From Octopus sinensis (Eukaryota): a DNA stretch of 64,000 bases. The notes beneath the pieces were generated by a model. It did not search any database and had not been told where the DNA came from. It was given only the letters and a program-made list of their open reading frames with translations. Positions within the stretch are counted from its first letter, which is position 1; every line of letters starts with the position of its first letter. Below are positions 37,835 through 50,040 of the stretch, piece by piece. The stretch is from positions 12,214,001-12,278,000 of the forward strand of contig NC_043024.1 in the NCBI RefSeq assembly GCF_006345805.1, written 5' to 3'. The position numbers were made by a program, and so were the translations under genes.

Positions 37835-39989
37835 GTCTCTCAGAACAGAGTGACTCCTTAAAATTTCTTGAAATTTTCTTCTTCCAAAATTTCACCAGAG
37901 GTTTACACAAACAAGGTCATATCTTCTGTGAAACATCCTCTTTCTTAAGCCTTTAGAAGATAATAATGATGATTTAAGCCTGAAGTTAAGAATTCATTTC
38001 TGCCAAGGTCGTCAAATGCTCTGAAACAAAAGAGAGACAGAAGATAACAAAAATATGGTTAACATTAAACTGTGGATATTCTCTAACTTTCTACATTAGT
38101 TTCAAATATTGGCACAAGGCCAGCAATTTCAGGGGAGGGTGTAAGTTGATTATATTGATCCCAGTGTTCAACTGGCCCTCATGCTAGTGGCACGTAAAAA
38201 GCACCCACTACACTCTTGTAAGAGCATCCAGCTTGCCAGATCAGACTGGAGCCTGGTGTAGCCTCCTGGCATGCCAGTCCTCAGTCAAACCGTCCAACCC
38301 ATGCCAGCATGGAAAGCAGACGTTAAACGGTGATAATGATGATATATAATATATTGCTATACCATAGAAAGTTTCGGTAAACTTTGTCACTCACTCTCTC
38401 TCTCTCTCTTTGTTTCTTTCTCTACAATTTCGGAAAATTGCAAAGGGAAACTGTTAGTGTTTCAAATCTATTCTGCAACCTGGGATTATTATTATATCCA
38501 GTGATTCTATCAAAAGATAATTTTGTTTTAATATACTTGTTTTATACACAAACTGTTTTTTTTTTTTTTTTTTTTTTTTAGATTATCTTTCTTTATCTCT
38601 CCACTGACTTCAGTACCACTCTAACTTCTATAAAGCATAACTAGATTTCTGTAGCCCCTGACTTTGGAAATATGGAAATTTTCTACGAATGTGTAATATC
38701 ATGTAGATTCCGAATATACAAAATTTTGGGAGGAGGTGGGGGATTTCGAAAAATTCACCGGAGTCCACTTCAATTTGCCTTAACTTTCAAGATAATGGAT
38801 ATTTTTTAATGATATTCTCTACAAATATACCTCGGACTATGTAGATTCCAAAGAGATAGGAATTTGGGGTGAAAGCAATCGGGGGTTATTTTTGAGAACA
38901 GTTCATTGCACGATTGTTGCTTCAGTAGAAATCTACGGATGGACAAAAATTTCCAATGATTTCGGGATGGGGGGGGGTCTAGTTTCCAACACACCCTTTT
39001 TTTTCCTAACAAAAATAAGGGGTTTGCAGCATATTAGGAGGTCAGGGAATTTGATTCCACGCAAAAAATCAGATTTTTTTTTTCTTGGTGAGAATCGTAC
39101 GGATGAAAGGAATCAAATAATAACGATTGTTCTTACACTTATATAAAGAACTTTGTACGAAGTGATCCACGGCTGATTGAAGGGAAGTTCTGGCGGTGAG
39201 GGGCAACTCCTTCGTCGAGTCCTTTAATGCATTGCATAAAAACATTATTTATCCATTCCTTTATTTATATTTTTAACAAATCAAGTCTCTACACACAATA
39301 CAACGAAAGTTATAACAATTCTAAAACAGTAGGTCCGTTGTTCCCTGAAAAATAATGCAGCTTCAGGAAAAACTATTGTAGGGGCGAATCAGTGTTGTAA
39401 AGGTTCGCATCTTACCCCAGGGGCTGCATCCTGATCATGACCCCCTGACTGATCTTCTGCTCTTTTTAGCCAATTGGATATCGGACACAATTTGTGCATT
39501 TAAACCGCCTTCAGAAATTTTTAGTCAAAAGAAATCGACTTTTTATCTCCTTTAAGTGGGGGGGGGGTCGGTCTTTTAGGCCGAACCGCTAGGTTACGAG
39601 GACGTAAACACCGGTTTCAAGCGGTGGTGGCGATCAAGCAGAGACAGTAAGACACACACACACACACGTATATGGTACTCACCTATATATTGTCTGTATT
39701 TTGTTGGGGAGTTTTTATATGCTTTCGGAAGAGATTGCAGATAGAAAATAAAACCCGAAGCTCTGAAAGAAATAAGGCTTACAGACGTGTAAGTCTGCCA
39801 GTCTCACTTATTCCAGCCATAAAACAACATCTAACCCCTAAATATGAGGGGTCAGATGGGGTGTTTGAACCAGAATCCCGCCAACCGCAGTCATTACGTA
39901 TCAAAACAAAGACTGGAATACGAGATAACATTTTAATTTAATGGTGCATATTACAGTCTTTGTTTTAATAAAGTAAATATATATTAAGA

Positions 39990-40212
39990 AACTGTAGATA
40001 AATACGATTACTTTACCATGAATATAAGCTTCATACGAAGTAGACTCTTCCTCTGATGAACCCGATTGTGATGACTTATTTCTCTGCTCGATCTCGGTGA
40101 AATGATACCATAAAGGAAGTATTTATTTACGCATGCGTATGGCGAACTAAACGGTTATACAAATGTAATTATGAACACATAGACGTATAACTACACTTTA
40201 GTGCTCCATCAA
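39990..40212 (-). promoter_or_regulatory. Promoter/non-coding exon 1 of gene 2
   Basis: Palindrome tacgcatgcgta at 40128-40139, donor CATG|GTAAAG at 40017/40016, and an upstream conserved acatagac..aactaca..tttag..ccatcaa block. Confidence 0.65.
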
Positions 40213-41439
40213 TGTATTTCCTTGCAGCCAGTTAGCAAAGTTGTCAGTATGCTGATCGAAATGTTTAACGGCCTTTCCTGCATCTTTACGTTCTGAGTTC
40301 ATATTCCGCTGAGGTTGACTCGGCCTCTTCTCTTTTCAGGGTCGATGTAATCTGCTAGTTCCCTTCCCTAAGTTTCTTTAGTAGAAAGTTTTACTTAATA
40401 ATGTATTTGGGATCTTCGCCTTTTGACCGACAGATTTAAAAAATAATCTTTTGTAACTAAACCCTTTTTTAAAACTGTCGGTCAAAAGGTAAAGATCCAA
40501 CATAAGATCTGGGTTTAGCTGCTATTTCTAAAATATTCAAGTGCTGGCGTAGTTTTTTGGTAAGTTTGCTTTCCAACCACATGTGCTTCGATTCAGTTCC
40601 CACCGTGTAACACCTTGGGCAGCTGTCTTCTATAAATGCATCACAGGACCAAACCATCGTAGTCTTTTCTCTTGCATTCTACACCTGGTTACTCTTATGC
40701 CTAATTTTTCGATAATTATCTTCACACTTTGTCATTAATGCACACTTGCAGTGGTTAAGGTGTCTATCAGAATGTGCTGAGGTAAACAGATGCGATAGGC
40801 AAGTGGATGCCTTCCAAGTAAATAATGAAATGACATCGATTTATAGTTTAAATAATTTATTTACGGGACTTGCACTTGCTGTTGGTATATACAATTTTCC
40901 ACTACATCAATTTGTTGCTAACTGCTTCGAGCTGGAGAAGAATTTCGACATATCTGTGTGTGTTGTTCATCGGAGAAAATACTGGTCGGCTGGGTCCCAG
41001 GTTTTTTCTACCTGTCCCTTTGCTGACCACGGTATTTATAACAGCCGTGGCAGCTAGAAAGACAGACATACTGCAGGAGAGATTGTGTCTAAATAGGTCA
41101 GCTCCTGTCCATTTGAAATTCGCCTGACATGGCTGAGGTCGTAGGTCAAAGGGAGACGATTTATAATTTTTTGACATGACAAAGAAAATTCTTTCGCGCC
41201 TGTTTGGTCAGTGGTGGCTCAGACGAGCGAGAATTCTTACATTTGGTTTCGAATCTAAGCTTGGAGAAAGGAAGTGTTAGTTTTTACACACTGATGTTGC
41301 ACATCCATCAGAGCTTGACCCTGCTTGAGATTTGAAATCAAATCCACCGACTTGTTGCTTGTCAAAACGAGTGGGAAATCTACACTAGATGATTGATGAG
41401 GAAACACTCCAGCCCTTAGGACCTGTGCTGGTCCTTTAA

Positions 41440-42075
41440 GGTTTGATCTACATTACTGACCATAGTCTATATAACAGAATGTTGTCTCTTCCTCTTATGT
41501 GTCAACCAGACCAAGGCGCAACAACCGCTTTTGCATCAGCCTTTACCAAGAGCAGCACTTGCCTTCTCTTGACATGCGAAGAGAGGCTTTCGACCGTAAG
41601 AAAAGCGATACCGCATTTTTCTTTTATTCCTTTCTAGTCAGCACCATGACTACCTTACTCTTTCTCTCTCTACTGACAGACAACCTTTTTCTACATATCA
41701 ACACCTGAGTCATCCTTATCACTAGAATTGCTACTGTCTCTGTAACAACCTGTCGGGTAAACGAATAAATATATGTAGATAACATTACTTCCTTCTTGGT
41801 GTTTATTCTTCAATGTACTCTGGTTACTCCGACGGGAGAACCTGGAAGCGTTACATCTATACGCTACATTTAGTGGGCTACAACGTATCAGATATGGCAC
41901 ACCGCATCCAGCCTGCTACATTTGGTGACCCTGTCAAACAATCACAACCTTCACATCGCCCGGCAATGAATTAGAACTGGAAAATATCTCTCCCGGAACA
42001 CATCCGTGGTCGACATGGCATTCCAGGCGGCGATTACGTTGAGGATTCCCCCATTTTGGATGCACGACCCCTCTG
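41440..42075 (+). mobile_element. Ty3/Gypsy relic: LTR end, PBS and gag start
   Basis: ..GCTACA(41920)-TT-TGGTGACCC is a tRNA-Trp-type PBS start, followed by AITLRIPPFWMHDP (a gag-like LPPFW..DP motif). The LTR 5' boundary is uncertain. Confidence 0.65.
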
Positions 42076-42185
42076 CAATCAGAGCCCATATCTCACTACT
42101 ATAGAGGATAGTCATCTGTACACAAGCATCATACAATCTTGCTTTCACTCTGGGAGATAAGCCTTTTGTTTCCAGCAGAAGTAAC
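42076..42185 (-). mobile_element. Short RTE fragment
   Basis: LLLETKGLSPRVKARLYDACVQMTILYSSEIWALIAE. Confidence 0.85.
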
Positions 42186-42299
42186 ATTACATGTATAATT
42201 ACGAACACATAGACGTATAACTACACTTTAGTGCTCCATCAACTTATTTCCTTGCAGCCAGTTGACAAAGTTGTTAGCATGCTGATCAAAATGTCCAAC

Positions 42300-42570
42300 C
42301 AACACCTAACCAGATTTGATGAAGAATTATATAGTATAGTCAAGAAAGTGAAGTTCAGGAAGTACCATAGAAGGTGTAATATATACCAACAGAAAATTAC
42401 TTGTTGACTTCAAGAAAGCTCCAGGGGTACTTGTTCCAGCGGACAAAACAAGTAGCATTTATATTGTTGATATTGAACTGTATAAGTCTATGATTAGGAA
42501 GGAATTACGCAGCAGATGTAGACATGCTAGTAAAGATTTATTAAAAAGAATTAACAATACAGGGCCACAA
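42300..42570 (+). mobile_element. Penelope-like ORF fragment
   Basis: LTRFDEELYSIVKKVKFRK..VLVPADKTSSIYIVDIELYKSMIRKEL resembles the PLE pre-RT ADKT motif. Confidence 0.6.
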
Positions 42571-43336
42571 ATCATCAGAGATCTGGCTCCTGGCAAACCG
42601 TCCAATCCTTGCCTGCATGGAAGGCAGACATTAAATGATGATCATCAACATGATATATGTATTATGTTATGAAAAACTGCTTTCTTTTGTAGTTAATATA
42701 TTTATTTAAAAAACAAGTGATTTCTGAGAATACATTTCTCACCAATTCATTAACAATGTCACATGTATTTTGTGCCTTTTGTTGAAATATATTAGAATAA
42801 GTATGTCGGTATTATAAAAGAATGTTTTATTTTTATCAAAAAATATTAGTGATAAATTAACTGTTCCAGATAAATGGATAGAAAATGTAGTTCTTGAAGG
42901 TTCTTATCACCATTATAGATTTTTTTTTTCCACCAGTGACAATATATTTAAATTTATATTAGATAAGTGTCAGAGAATGAGTTGTGATACTGGTTTCAAG
43001 TTTTGGCACAAGGCCAGGTATTTCAGGAGAGGTGTTAAGTTGATTATATCGACCCCGGTGTTCAACTGGTACTTATTTTACTGATGAAAGGCAAAAGTGA
43101 CCTCAGTGGAATTTTAACTCATAATATAAAGAATTAATGGTTATTTTCATCATCATTGTAATTTAATGTCCATCTTTCATGTTGGGTTGGAGAGTTTGTC
43201 TGGAGTTGGCAAGCCAGAGGACTGTAACAAGTGCCATTGTCTGTCTTGGAATGATTTTTACAGCTGAATACCTTTCCTAACAGCACACAGGAGATAAGCC
43301 ATGCATGGACAGTTAATTGACAAAGATTTATTAAAC

Positions 43337-44272
43337 TTAGTTCTTTCTCATATGAATGCATTTGTGTCTAGTTAAGTGAATAATTTGAGAGAATGATTTA
43401 CCACAGATATCACATTGATATGGTTTCTCCCCTGTATGAATACGTTTGTGTTGTTTTAAGTTACTTTCTACAGAGCATGATTTATCACAGATATCACAAT
43501 GAAATGGTTTCTCACCTGTGTGAACACGTATGTGACTAGTTAAATTACCCTTTACAGAAAATGATTTACCACAGATATCACATCTATATGGCTTCTCTCC
43601 TGTATGACTGCGTAAGTGATTGGTTAAGCAACTACTTACAAAGAAAGATTTACCACAAATATCACAGCGATATGGTTTCTCTCCCACATGAATCTGTTTG
43701 TGATTACGTAAGACACATTTATCAGAGAATGATTTACCACAGATATCACAATGATATGGCTTTTCTCCAGTATGGGTCCGTATATGTTTAGCTAAAATAT
43801 ATGTTTGAGAGAATGATTTATCACAGAAATCACATTGATATGGTTTTTCTCCTGTATGGCTTTTTATGTGTCTTGTTAAGTGAATAATCTGAGAAAATGA
43901 TATGCCACAGTTTTCACAGCGATATGGTTTCTCTCCTGTATGAATGCGTTTGTGTTTAGTTAAAGTACTCCCATCGGAGAACGAGTTACCACAGATATTA
44001 CAGTGATATGGCTTCTCTCCTGTATGAACATAGTTGTGTCTAACTAAATGATGTTTATGAGAAAATGATTTACCACAAATTCCACAGCTATGTGGTTTTT
44101 CTCTTGTATGAGTAAATCGGTGTGAATTTAAACTATCTGCACGAGTAAATGATTTACCACAGACATCACAGTGGTGGGAATTAATGCATTTGTGAGTGGT
44201 GAGTGTAACGGCCTTACAAAATGACCTTTTACACATATCACAGTTGTAGGATTTTTCTAATACTTTTGGCAT
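43337..44272 (-). CDS. C2H2 zinc-finger protein, cluster gene 3 (311 aa, 11 fingers)
   Basis: Intact ORF whose N-terminus is nearly identical to gene 1. Acceptor tctttatttcag| at 44489. Confidence 0.93.
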   Translation of the reverse strand: MPKVLEKSYNCDMCKRSFCKAVTLTTHKCINSHHCDVCGKSFTRADSLNSHRFTHTREKPHSCGICGKSFSHKHHLVRHNYVHTGEKPYHCNICGNSFSDGSTLTKHKRIHTGEKPYRCENCGISFSQIIHLTRHIKSHTGEKPYQCDFCDKSFSQTYILAKHIRTHTGEKPYHCDICGKSFSDKCVLRNHKQIHVGEKPYRCDICGKSFFVSSCLTNHLRSHTGEKPYRCDICGKSFSVKGNLTSHIRVHTGEKPFHCDICDKSCSVESNLKQHKRIHTGEKPYQCDICGKSFSQIIHLTRHKCIHMRKN

Positions 44273-44799
44273 GCCTTTAGGAAAAGAATGACTCCTTCAA
44301 ATTTCTTAAGTCTCTCACATAAATATTATTTTTTTTTATAAATTATCTTCTTCCACCAGATTAATCACAGTTCACAAAAATTCACGATAGATTCATGCAA
44401 ACAGGGTTATATCTGTTCTGTATAACATCTTCCCTCTTAGTCTTTAGAAGATAATAACAATTCTGTTCTGTCAATCTCATCCGATGTTCTGAAATAAAGA
44501 AAAAACAAAATAAGAGACAGCAAACACTAAAAAAAAGTCATGATTCAACTGTGGAAATTTTACATTTTTATAATGTGATAAATTGTAAATCATTAGAGAG
44601 GCTGTTCCAGGGTTCACTGGCCAACATTCCCCAGTTCCCTCTCTATGTTGTGTGGCATACATGCAATCAGCCAGGCTCATTTGCAGTCCATTCTTTGATG
44701 CTATCAGTCCACAAACGTCTTTGATAACTCTCTTGTTCATGTATGTATGTATGTATGTATGTATGCATATGTATATATATATATATATATATATATGAA

Positions 44800-44885
<86 letters not shown>

Positions 44886-44929
44886 ATATATATATGTCTC
44901 TCACTGTTATATATTTATTTTTCCACTGT

Positions 44930-45349
44930 TTATATATATATTTTTTACTGTTTATATGTTTGTACTGTCGTTACCGTCTTGCTTTTTTTTTTACCCCTCT
45001 GCGAAAAGATCTCAGAATTTTAATTGATTTGCTTTTCGCGGGAAGGAAGTTTTCTTCGAAGTATACGTCTCGCTTTTATCCTTCGAAACGTTTAGTAGAT
45101 GAAACCTTAGCGACTGAAGAAGGGGATTTTTCGTTGTGCTTATTGTCCTGTATCTCTCTTTTTTTTGCTTGTCTTGTTCCTTGGTTTGTGTCTATGTGTT
45201 TCGTCTCTCTATGTGTTCGACGTCTTTTTGGTGTCCTGTACACATATATGCGTGTATATGTACATGTAGAGGTAGGTACGTACATATATGTTTATATATA
45301 TGCATATGTTCTATTTTATTAACATATATATATATATATATATATGAAC

Positions 45350-45382
<33 letters not shown>

Positions 45383-45900
45383 GTATGTATGTATATATAT
45401 GTATGTATGTATAACAAAACAGTCCAACGAACGGGAACGTGAAACTCAGAGTAACAGGTTTTGTTGAATTTCTGCTACTTTTAAATAAAGTATATATATT
45501 TATATATTATATATATATACAAATTGAGATAGGGGTTGTAAATGCAACCATCCATGGGATAACGTATATCCAATATACTGCTAGTGAAGTACCCAACAAA
45601 GTTAATACATAAATGTTAATGATTGCGATGCAATCAATTCATTTACTGTATTATATGGGCGAAGGTAATGTATGTATATATATGAAACGCAGAGTAGATG
45701 AAACCATGGCGACTGAAGAAGGGGAATTTTCCTTGTGTTATTTGTCCTGTACTCTATCTTTTCGTTGTTTAAGAAAAATGTCCAGTTCCTTGGTTTTATA
45801 TTTATGTTTTCGTTTCTCATTGTGTTCGACGTTTTTTTGGTGTCCTGTACCCATATATGCATGTAGAGGTAGGTTTGTACATATATGTATGTATATATGC
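44930..45900 (+). mobile_element. Two direct copies of a pLTR-like repeat among (TA)n tracts
   Basis: 45092-45310 is similar to 45692-45910 (agtagatgaaacc..gcgactgaagaagggga..tgtcctgta..ggtgtcctgtac). Partial hammerhead cores are present. Confidence 0.55.
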
Positions 45901-45994
45901 ATATGTTTTATTTATTAATTTATATATATATATATACGCTTATGAATTTGTGTTGCATGATTCCTGATGTGAAGTTTTGCGTTGAAACAGATAT

Positions 45995-46303
45995 TGTTGT
46001 ATTTCGGGATGGTCATTTTTTATGTTCTTCACTCATTTATAACTGTTCTTATTCTAACTCATGTCCATTGCCCATAAATCTTTCATCACACGTCTGTGAC
46101 CTCCTCAGCGACACTTTCTGTCTTCGTGTGTGCTCTTACTCTGCCTATTCCATTCACAAAGACAGAGTGTAGCCGTGGTGGTCACAGGTGTGTGATACAA
46201 AATAGACATTCATCAGAATAAGAACAGTAATAAACGAGGGAAGAACGAATATATAGAAGATGTTTATCTGAGATAAAACAAATGACCATCCCAAAATACA
46301 ACA
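45995..46303. mobile_element. MITE with long imperfect TIRs
   Basis: tgttgtatttcgggatggtcatt pairs with aatgaccatcccaaaatacaaca, and the inner ttataactgttcttatt pairs with aataagaacagtaataa. Confidence 0.75.
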
Positions 46304-46320
46304 CACAAACATATATATAT

Positions 46321-46988
46321 AGGGTCATCCCATAAATAATGCAGTTTTTTCAATTGCTTGAACTAAAAGTCGGAGGTAGATATGATTAACAATCTGCATC
46401 AACTTGCTTTAAAACCCGGTAGTAATTTTAATTTTTCCTTATTCATAGTGCAAGTTTTAAGGAGTGCAGTTCGATTTCAAGTTAATTTTTCTCAGTGAGA
46501 AAGGTGCATATTCGGCATATTTTTCTTTATAAGTTCAATAAAGGCAACAACGGAAATTGCGAGGAATATTAAAGCAGTATATGAGGATCGGTCAGTAAAC
46601 GTAAGCGAGAACCAGAAATTCCGAGCCTGAAACTACAGCCAAGAAGACAAGCCTTGTCCTAAAAGATCTGCAGAGCTCGACAAGGACGTCCTGCAAACCC
46701 TGGTGGAACGAAATCCCATCGTAACTGTTGAAGAAGTAGTAGAGAGGCTTGGATTTGGTCATTCAACTATTCATTGACATCTGTGTGCCATTGGAAAAGT
46801 CAGCAAATTGGGTCAATGGGTTCCTCACAAACTTTCCGACTGAATGTTTACTCTTCTTTGCTGTCACGTCTCACAAAGGAACCTTTTGGGGGACCAAACG
46901 GAGACTGGCGACGAGAAATGGGTTCTCTAAACGAAAGAATACCGAACTTTGTTTATAAAAAACCCCGCATTATTTATGGGATGACCCT
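46321..46988 (+). mobile_element. Internally deleted mariner element
   Basis: TIRs AGGGTCATCCCATAAATAATGC. Transposase relic TLVERNPIVTVEEVVERLGFGHSTIH*HLCAIGKVSKLGQWVPHKLSD. Confidence 0.9.
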
Positions 46989-47522
46989 TTATATATATAT
47001 ACACAGACACACGACGGGCTTCTCCCGTTTCCAGGTACCAAATCCACTCAAAAGGCTTTGGTCAGCTCCAGATTATAGAAGACACCTGCCCAGGGTGTCA
47101 CGCAGTGGGAGCACTCGCCAGGTACGGAAATCAACAGACGTCGCTTAATGTGTTCAACGTTTTATGAATCTGGGGCAGAAGTCATTTTCACTCATTGAAC
47201 AACATAAAATAAGATTTTGACGGAGATCAGCATCTTGAAGGGTCCAACTGGAGACGACGAAAACGGTGGGTTTTCAGGGATTTCAACAATATATTTTAAA
47301 ACAATTTGCCTCGTCTTTTTTAGGGGCGTAGTGCAAAAAAAGAAATTGAAAAAGTTCGTCCCGGATGCCCCACGGTGGGATTAAAGAAAGTTATAAATTT
47401 TCAAGCGATTCTGAGAGAAAAAAAGAAATTTGAAAAATCCTGTCAAAACAGATAAAATCCAACTCAACTTGGAGACACATTCCAGGCCTCCGCATACTTT
47501 AGGAACATGATCACTCCCACAA

Positions 47523-47565
<43 letters not shown>

Positions 47566-47644
47566 GCAATCACCCAAATGATACACATTCGCATAATACA
47601 GAAGATCAGTCTAGTTTAGCAAGTAAATATACATATATTATAAA

Positions 47645-47796
47645 ACAGAAGATAAATGTCATTACTTTACCATGAATCTATGCTTCGAACCGAGCAAAGA
47701 AATTTATCGATGAACTCGATTATAATAAAAGGAAGGAAAAGCTTCGCTGAGCGATTTCAATGGTTGTCAGCAAGTCAACATGTTTGCGCATGCGCA
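47645..47796 (-). promoter_or_regulatory. Promoter/non-coding exon 1 of gene 3
   Basis: Perfect TGCGCATGCGCA at 47785-47796 and donor CATG|GTAAAG at 47671/47670. Confidence 0.7.
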
Positions 47797-48039
47797 TGAG
47801 GAAATAGCAGCAACAGTTTTTTTTTATGACTGAAAGGATTTTTGGAGACAGAAATTTTGAGAGGAAGAAATAAAGTTGGGTCGTCAGAAGGAAAAGATGC
47901 AGACGGGATTGGACGGGATACGTTCGTTCCATCCAAATACTTTTACGATCAATAAACACATGTATATATTAAAATGATTCAAATAATAAAATTTAAATCA
48001 AGACATTCTATATATATATTTAGATAAAAAGAAAAAACT

Positions 48040-48490
48040 GGGTGCTATTTAAGAAGAGTGGTCCCGGTGCGCGCACTCGCGTACTCACGCATCCGCACTG
48101 GTTTGTCGTGACTAGTCGATCCTACAACGACCACCTATCCTATAACAAATGTTCATACAAAACCGGTTGAAAGTTATTAGAATAACGTAAAACGACGTTT
48201 TCAGAGTATGATTGGGGTAACAAAAACAGGTAGGGTGTTATTTATATTTCATTTCTTTAGAAAAAGAAATTTATTTACGTTGTTTAGAAAAAAAATATTT
48301 ATTTTGTTTTTAAAACCCCCTATTTGTTAAAAAAACCCATCTAAGTTATGATGGGGTACCAAACGTTTATCTAATAACTTCCAACCGAATCTGTATGAAC
48401 ATTTGTTATAGGATAAGTAGTCCTTTTGGATCGACTAATCGCGAGTGCGCGCACCGGACCACTTTTCTTAAATAGTACCAAAAAACTGCG
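48040..48490. repeat. Fold-back of ~150-bp inverted arms related to the PLE sequence at 23.3 kb
   Basis: 48040-48190 is approximately the reverse complement of 48360-48490. Both arms contain gtggtcc(c)ggtgcgcgcactcgcg..gact(a)..tcgatcc, as at 23305-23365. Confidence 0.75.
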
Positions 48491-48679
48491 AATGTCAGTG
48501 TGTCACACATTTTCAACTTTATTCCTAGACGCTGTGGCCCAACAGGCCAACTCCGAGAGTAAATTAAAAACATTCCGGGCCGAATCAGGACCCGCAATCC
48601 TGAAATTTTGAATTCAAGACTTTTCAGTACTGCGTTTTTTTTTTTCCGTGATTTTTGCGACGAATTTTTGGTAAAGAAG

Positions 48680-48861
48680 AGTGGACCCGACGCGTGCACC
48701 CGCACTAATCAGTGGACCCGACGCGTGCACCCGCACTAATCAGTGGACCCGACGCGTGCACCCGCACTAATCAGTGGACCCGACGCGTGCACCCGCACTA
48801 ATCAGTGGACCCGACGCGCGCACCCGCACTAATCAGTGGACCCGACGCGCGCACCCGCACT
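48680..48861 (+). repeat. CpG-rich 31-bp tandem repeat (~5.9 copies)
   Basis: Unit agtggacccgacgcg(t/c)gcacccgcactaatc, with no spacers. Confidence 0.97.
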
Positions 48862-49604
48862 CGTGATTAAAAAAAAACCTCCACATGTATAAATATGTGT
48901 AAATTGTAAATCGGGGTGGCGAGATTTTCTGTATCCCCTTCATACTGTTGAATCTGCGTTTTGCATTTTTCCAGCAACATTCAAATGAGTTTCTTTGGAG
49001 GGAAAAATATGAGAAAATTGGGGATGAATGTTTTCAGAACATTGTAAAACATCTTTCAGAATGGTTCGCTTTTCTTTTATGACTACTTTTGAGTAAGATT
49101 TTATTGCAAAATTTGTTTTATTTTCACTTTTCGGATGGAGTCTTACTCATTCGCAAAATCAGCCCTCCCCAGTTTTGCTTCGATTGCTTTCATTTTTGGT
49201 GTATCGATACAACCCTGAATTTTGATTATGGTCAACCAATTACTTTATCTCGTAAATAAAAGAATCTGATGTTATTTGGAATTGGAGTTGGGTAATTTTA
49301 GCCAATCAACAGACAGCGTGGCATTAGCAGCTTGTTACCATGACAACAGGATGCTGTGTTGTGGTTCGCTTCACGGTTGCCTGTGAAGCACGTTCTTCGA
49401 TCTTGGTTTTTTACAATTGATTCTTCACAACACAAATTTGAGAGAAAAATGGATGAGGGACGGGCGGAAGTCTTTCCCTGGAGTCGAAGTTACTGACCTT
49501 GTGCCAAAATTTGAAATCAATACTTAAATTAAAGTCAATATCTGTATGTAATTATGTTATCAAATTCACAACACTGGAAACAGTAAGCGCAACAGATAAA
49601 TATT

Positions 49605-50040
49605 GGTTTTAAATTTTGGCACAATGTCAACAATTTCGGAGGAGGGGGTAAGTTGATTATATCTACCCTAGTCCACAACTGGTACTTATTTTATTGACCC
49701 CGAAAGCATAACAGGCAAAGTCGACCTCAGCGGAATTTGAACGCGGAACGTGAAAACGAACGAAATACCGCCAAGCATTTTGCCTGACGTGATAACAATT
49801 CTGCCTGTTCGCCGCCTTTTTTGCATCTGTTTCATATTATTAACCTGTTGAATCGTTGGCACGCTGGGTCAAATGCTTAGCTACTTTTTGTTTGTTGTTA
49901 TCGCCTGAAATCAAAATCTACCGAGGTCGACTTTGCCTTTCATGCTCCTGGGGTTCGATGAAATAAGTACTAGTTGAGATTGTATTCAACTATATTCCCA
50001 CCCCGAAACTGCTAGCCTTATATAAAAACGTGAAACGGAT
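49605..50040. mobile_element. Two SINE copies in inverted (head-to-head) orientation
   Basis: A - copy at 49605-49818 and a + copy at about 49845-50040 share ggtcgactttgcct..aataagtac. Confidence 0.75.

Noticed and set aside
39170-39225. Hairpin after CTGATTGA as a hammerhead
   Set aside because: The core is imperfect and there is no GAAA or stem III.
48680-48861. 31-bp repeat as a CRISPR array
   Set aside because: The repeats are contiguous with no unique spacers, there are no cas genes, and the context is eukaryotic.
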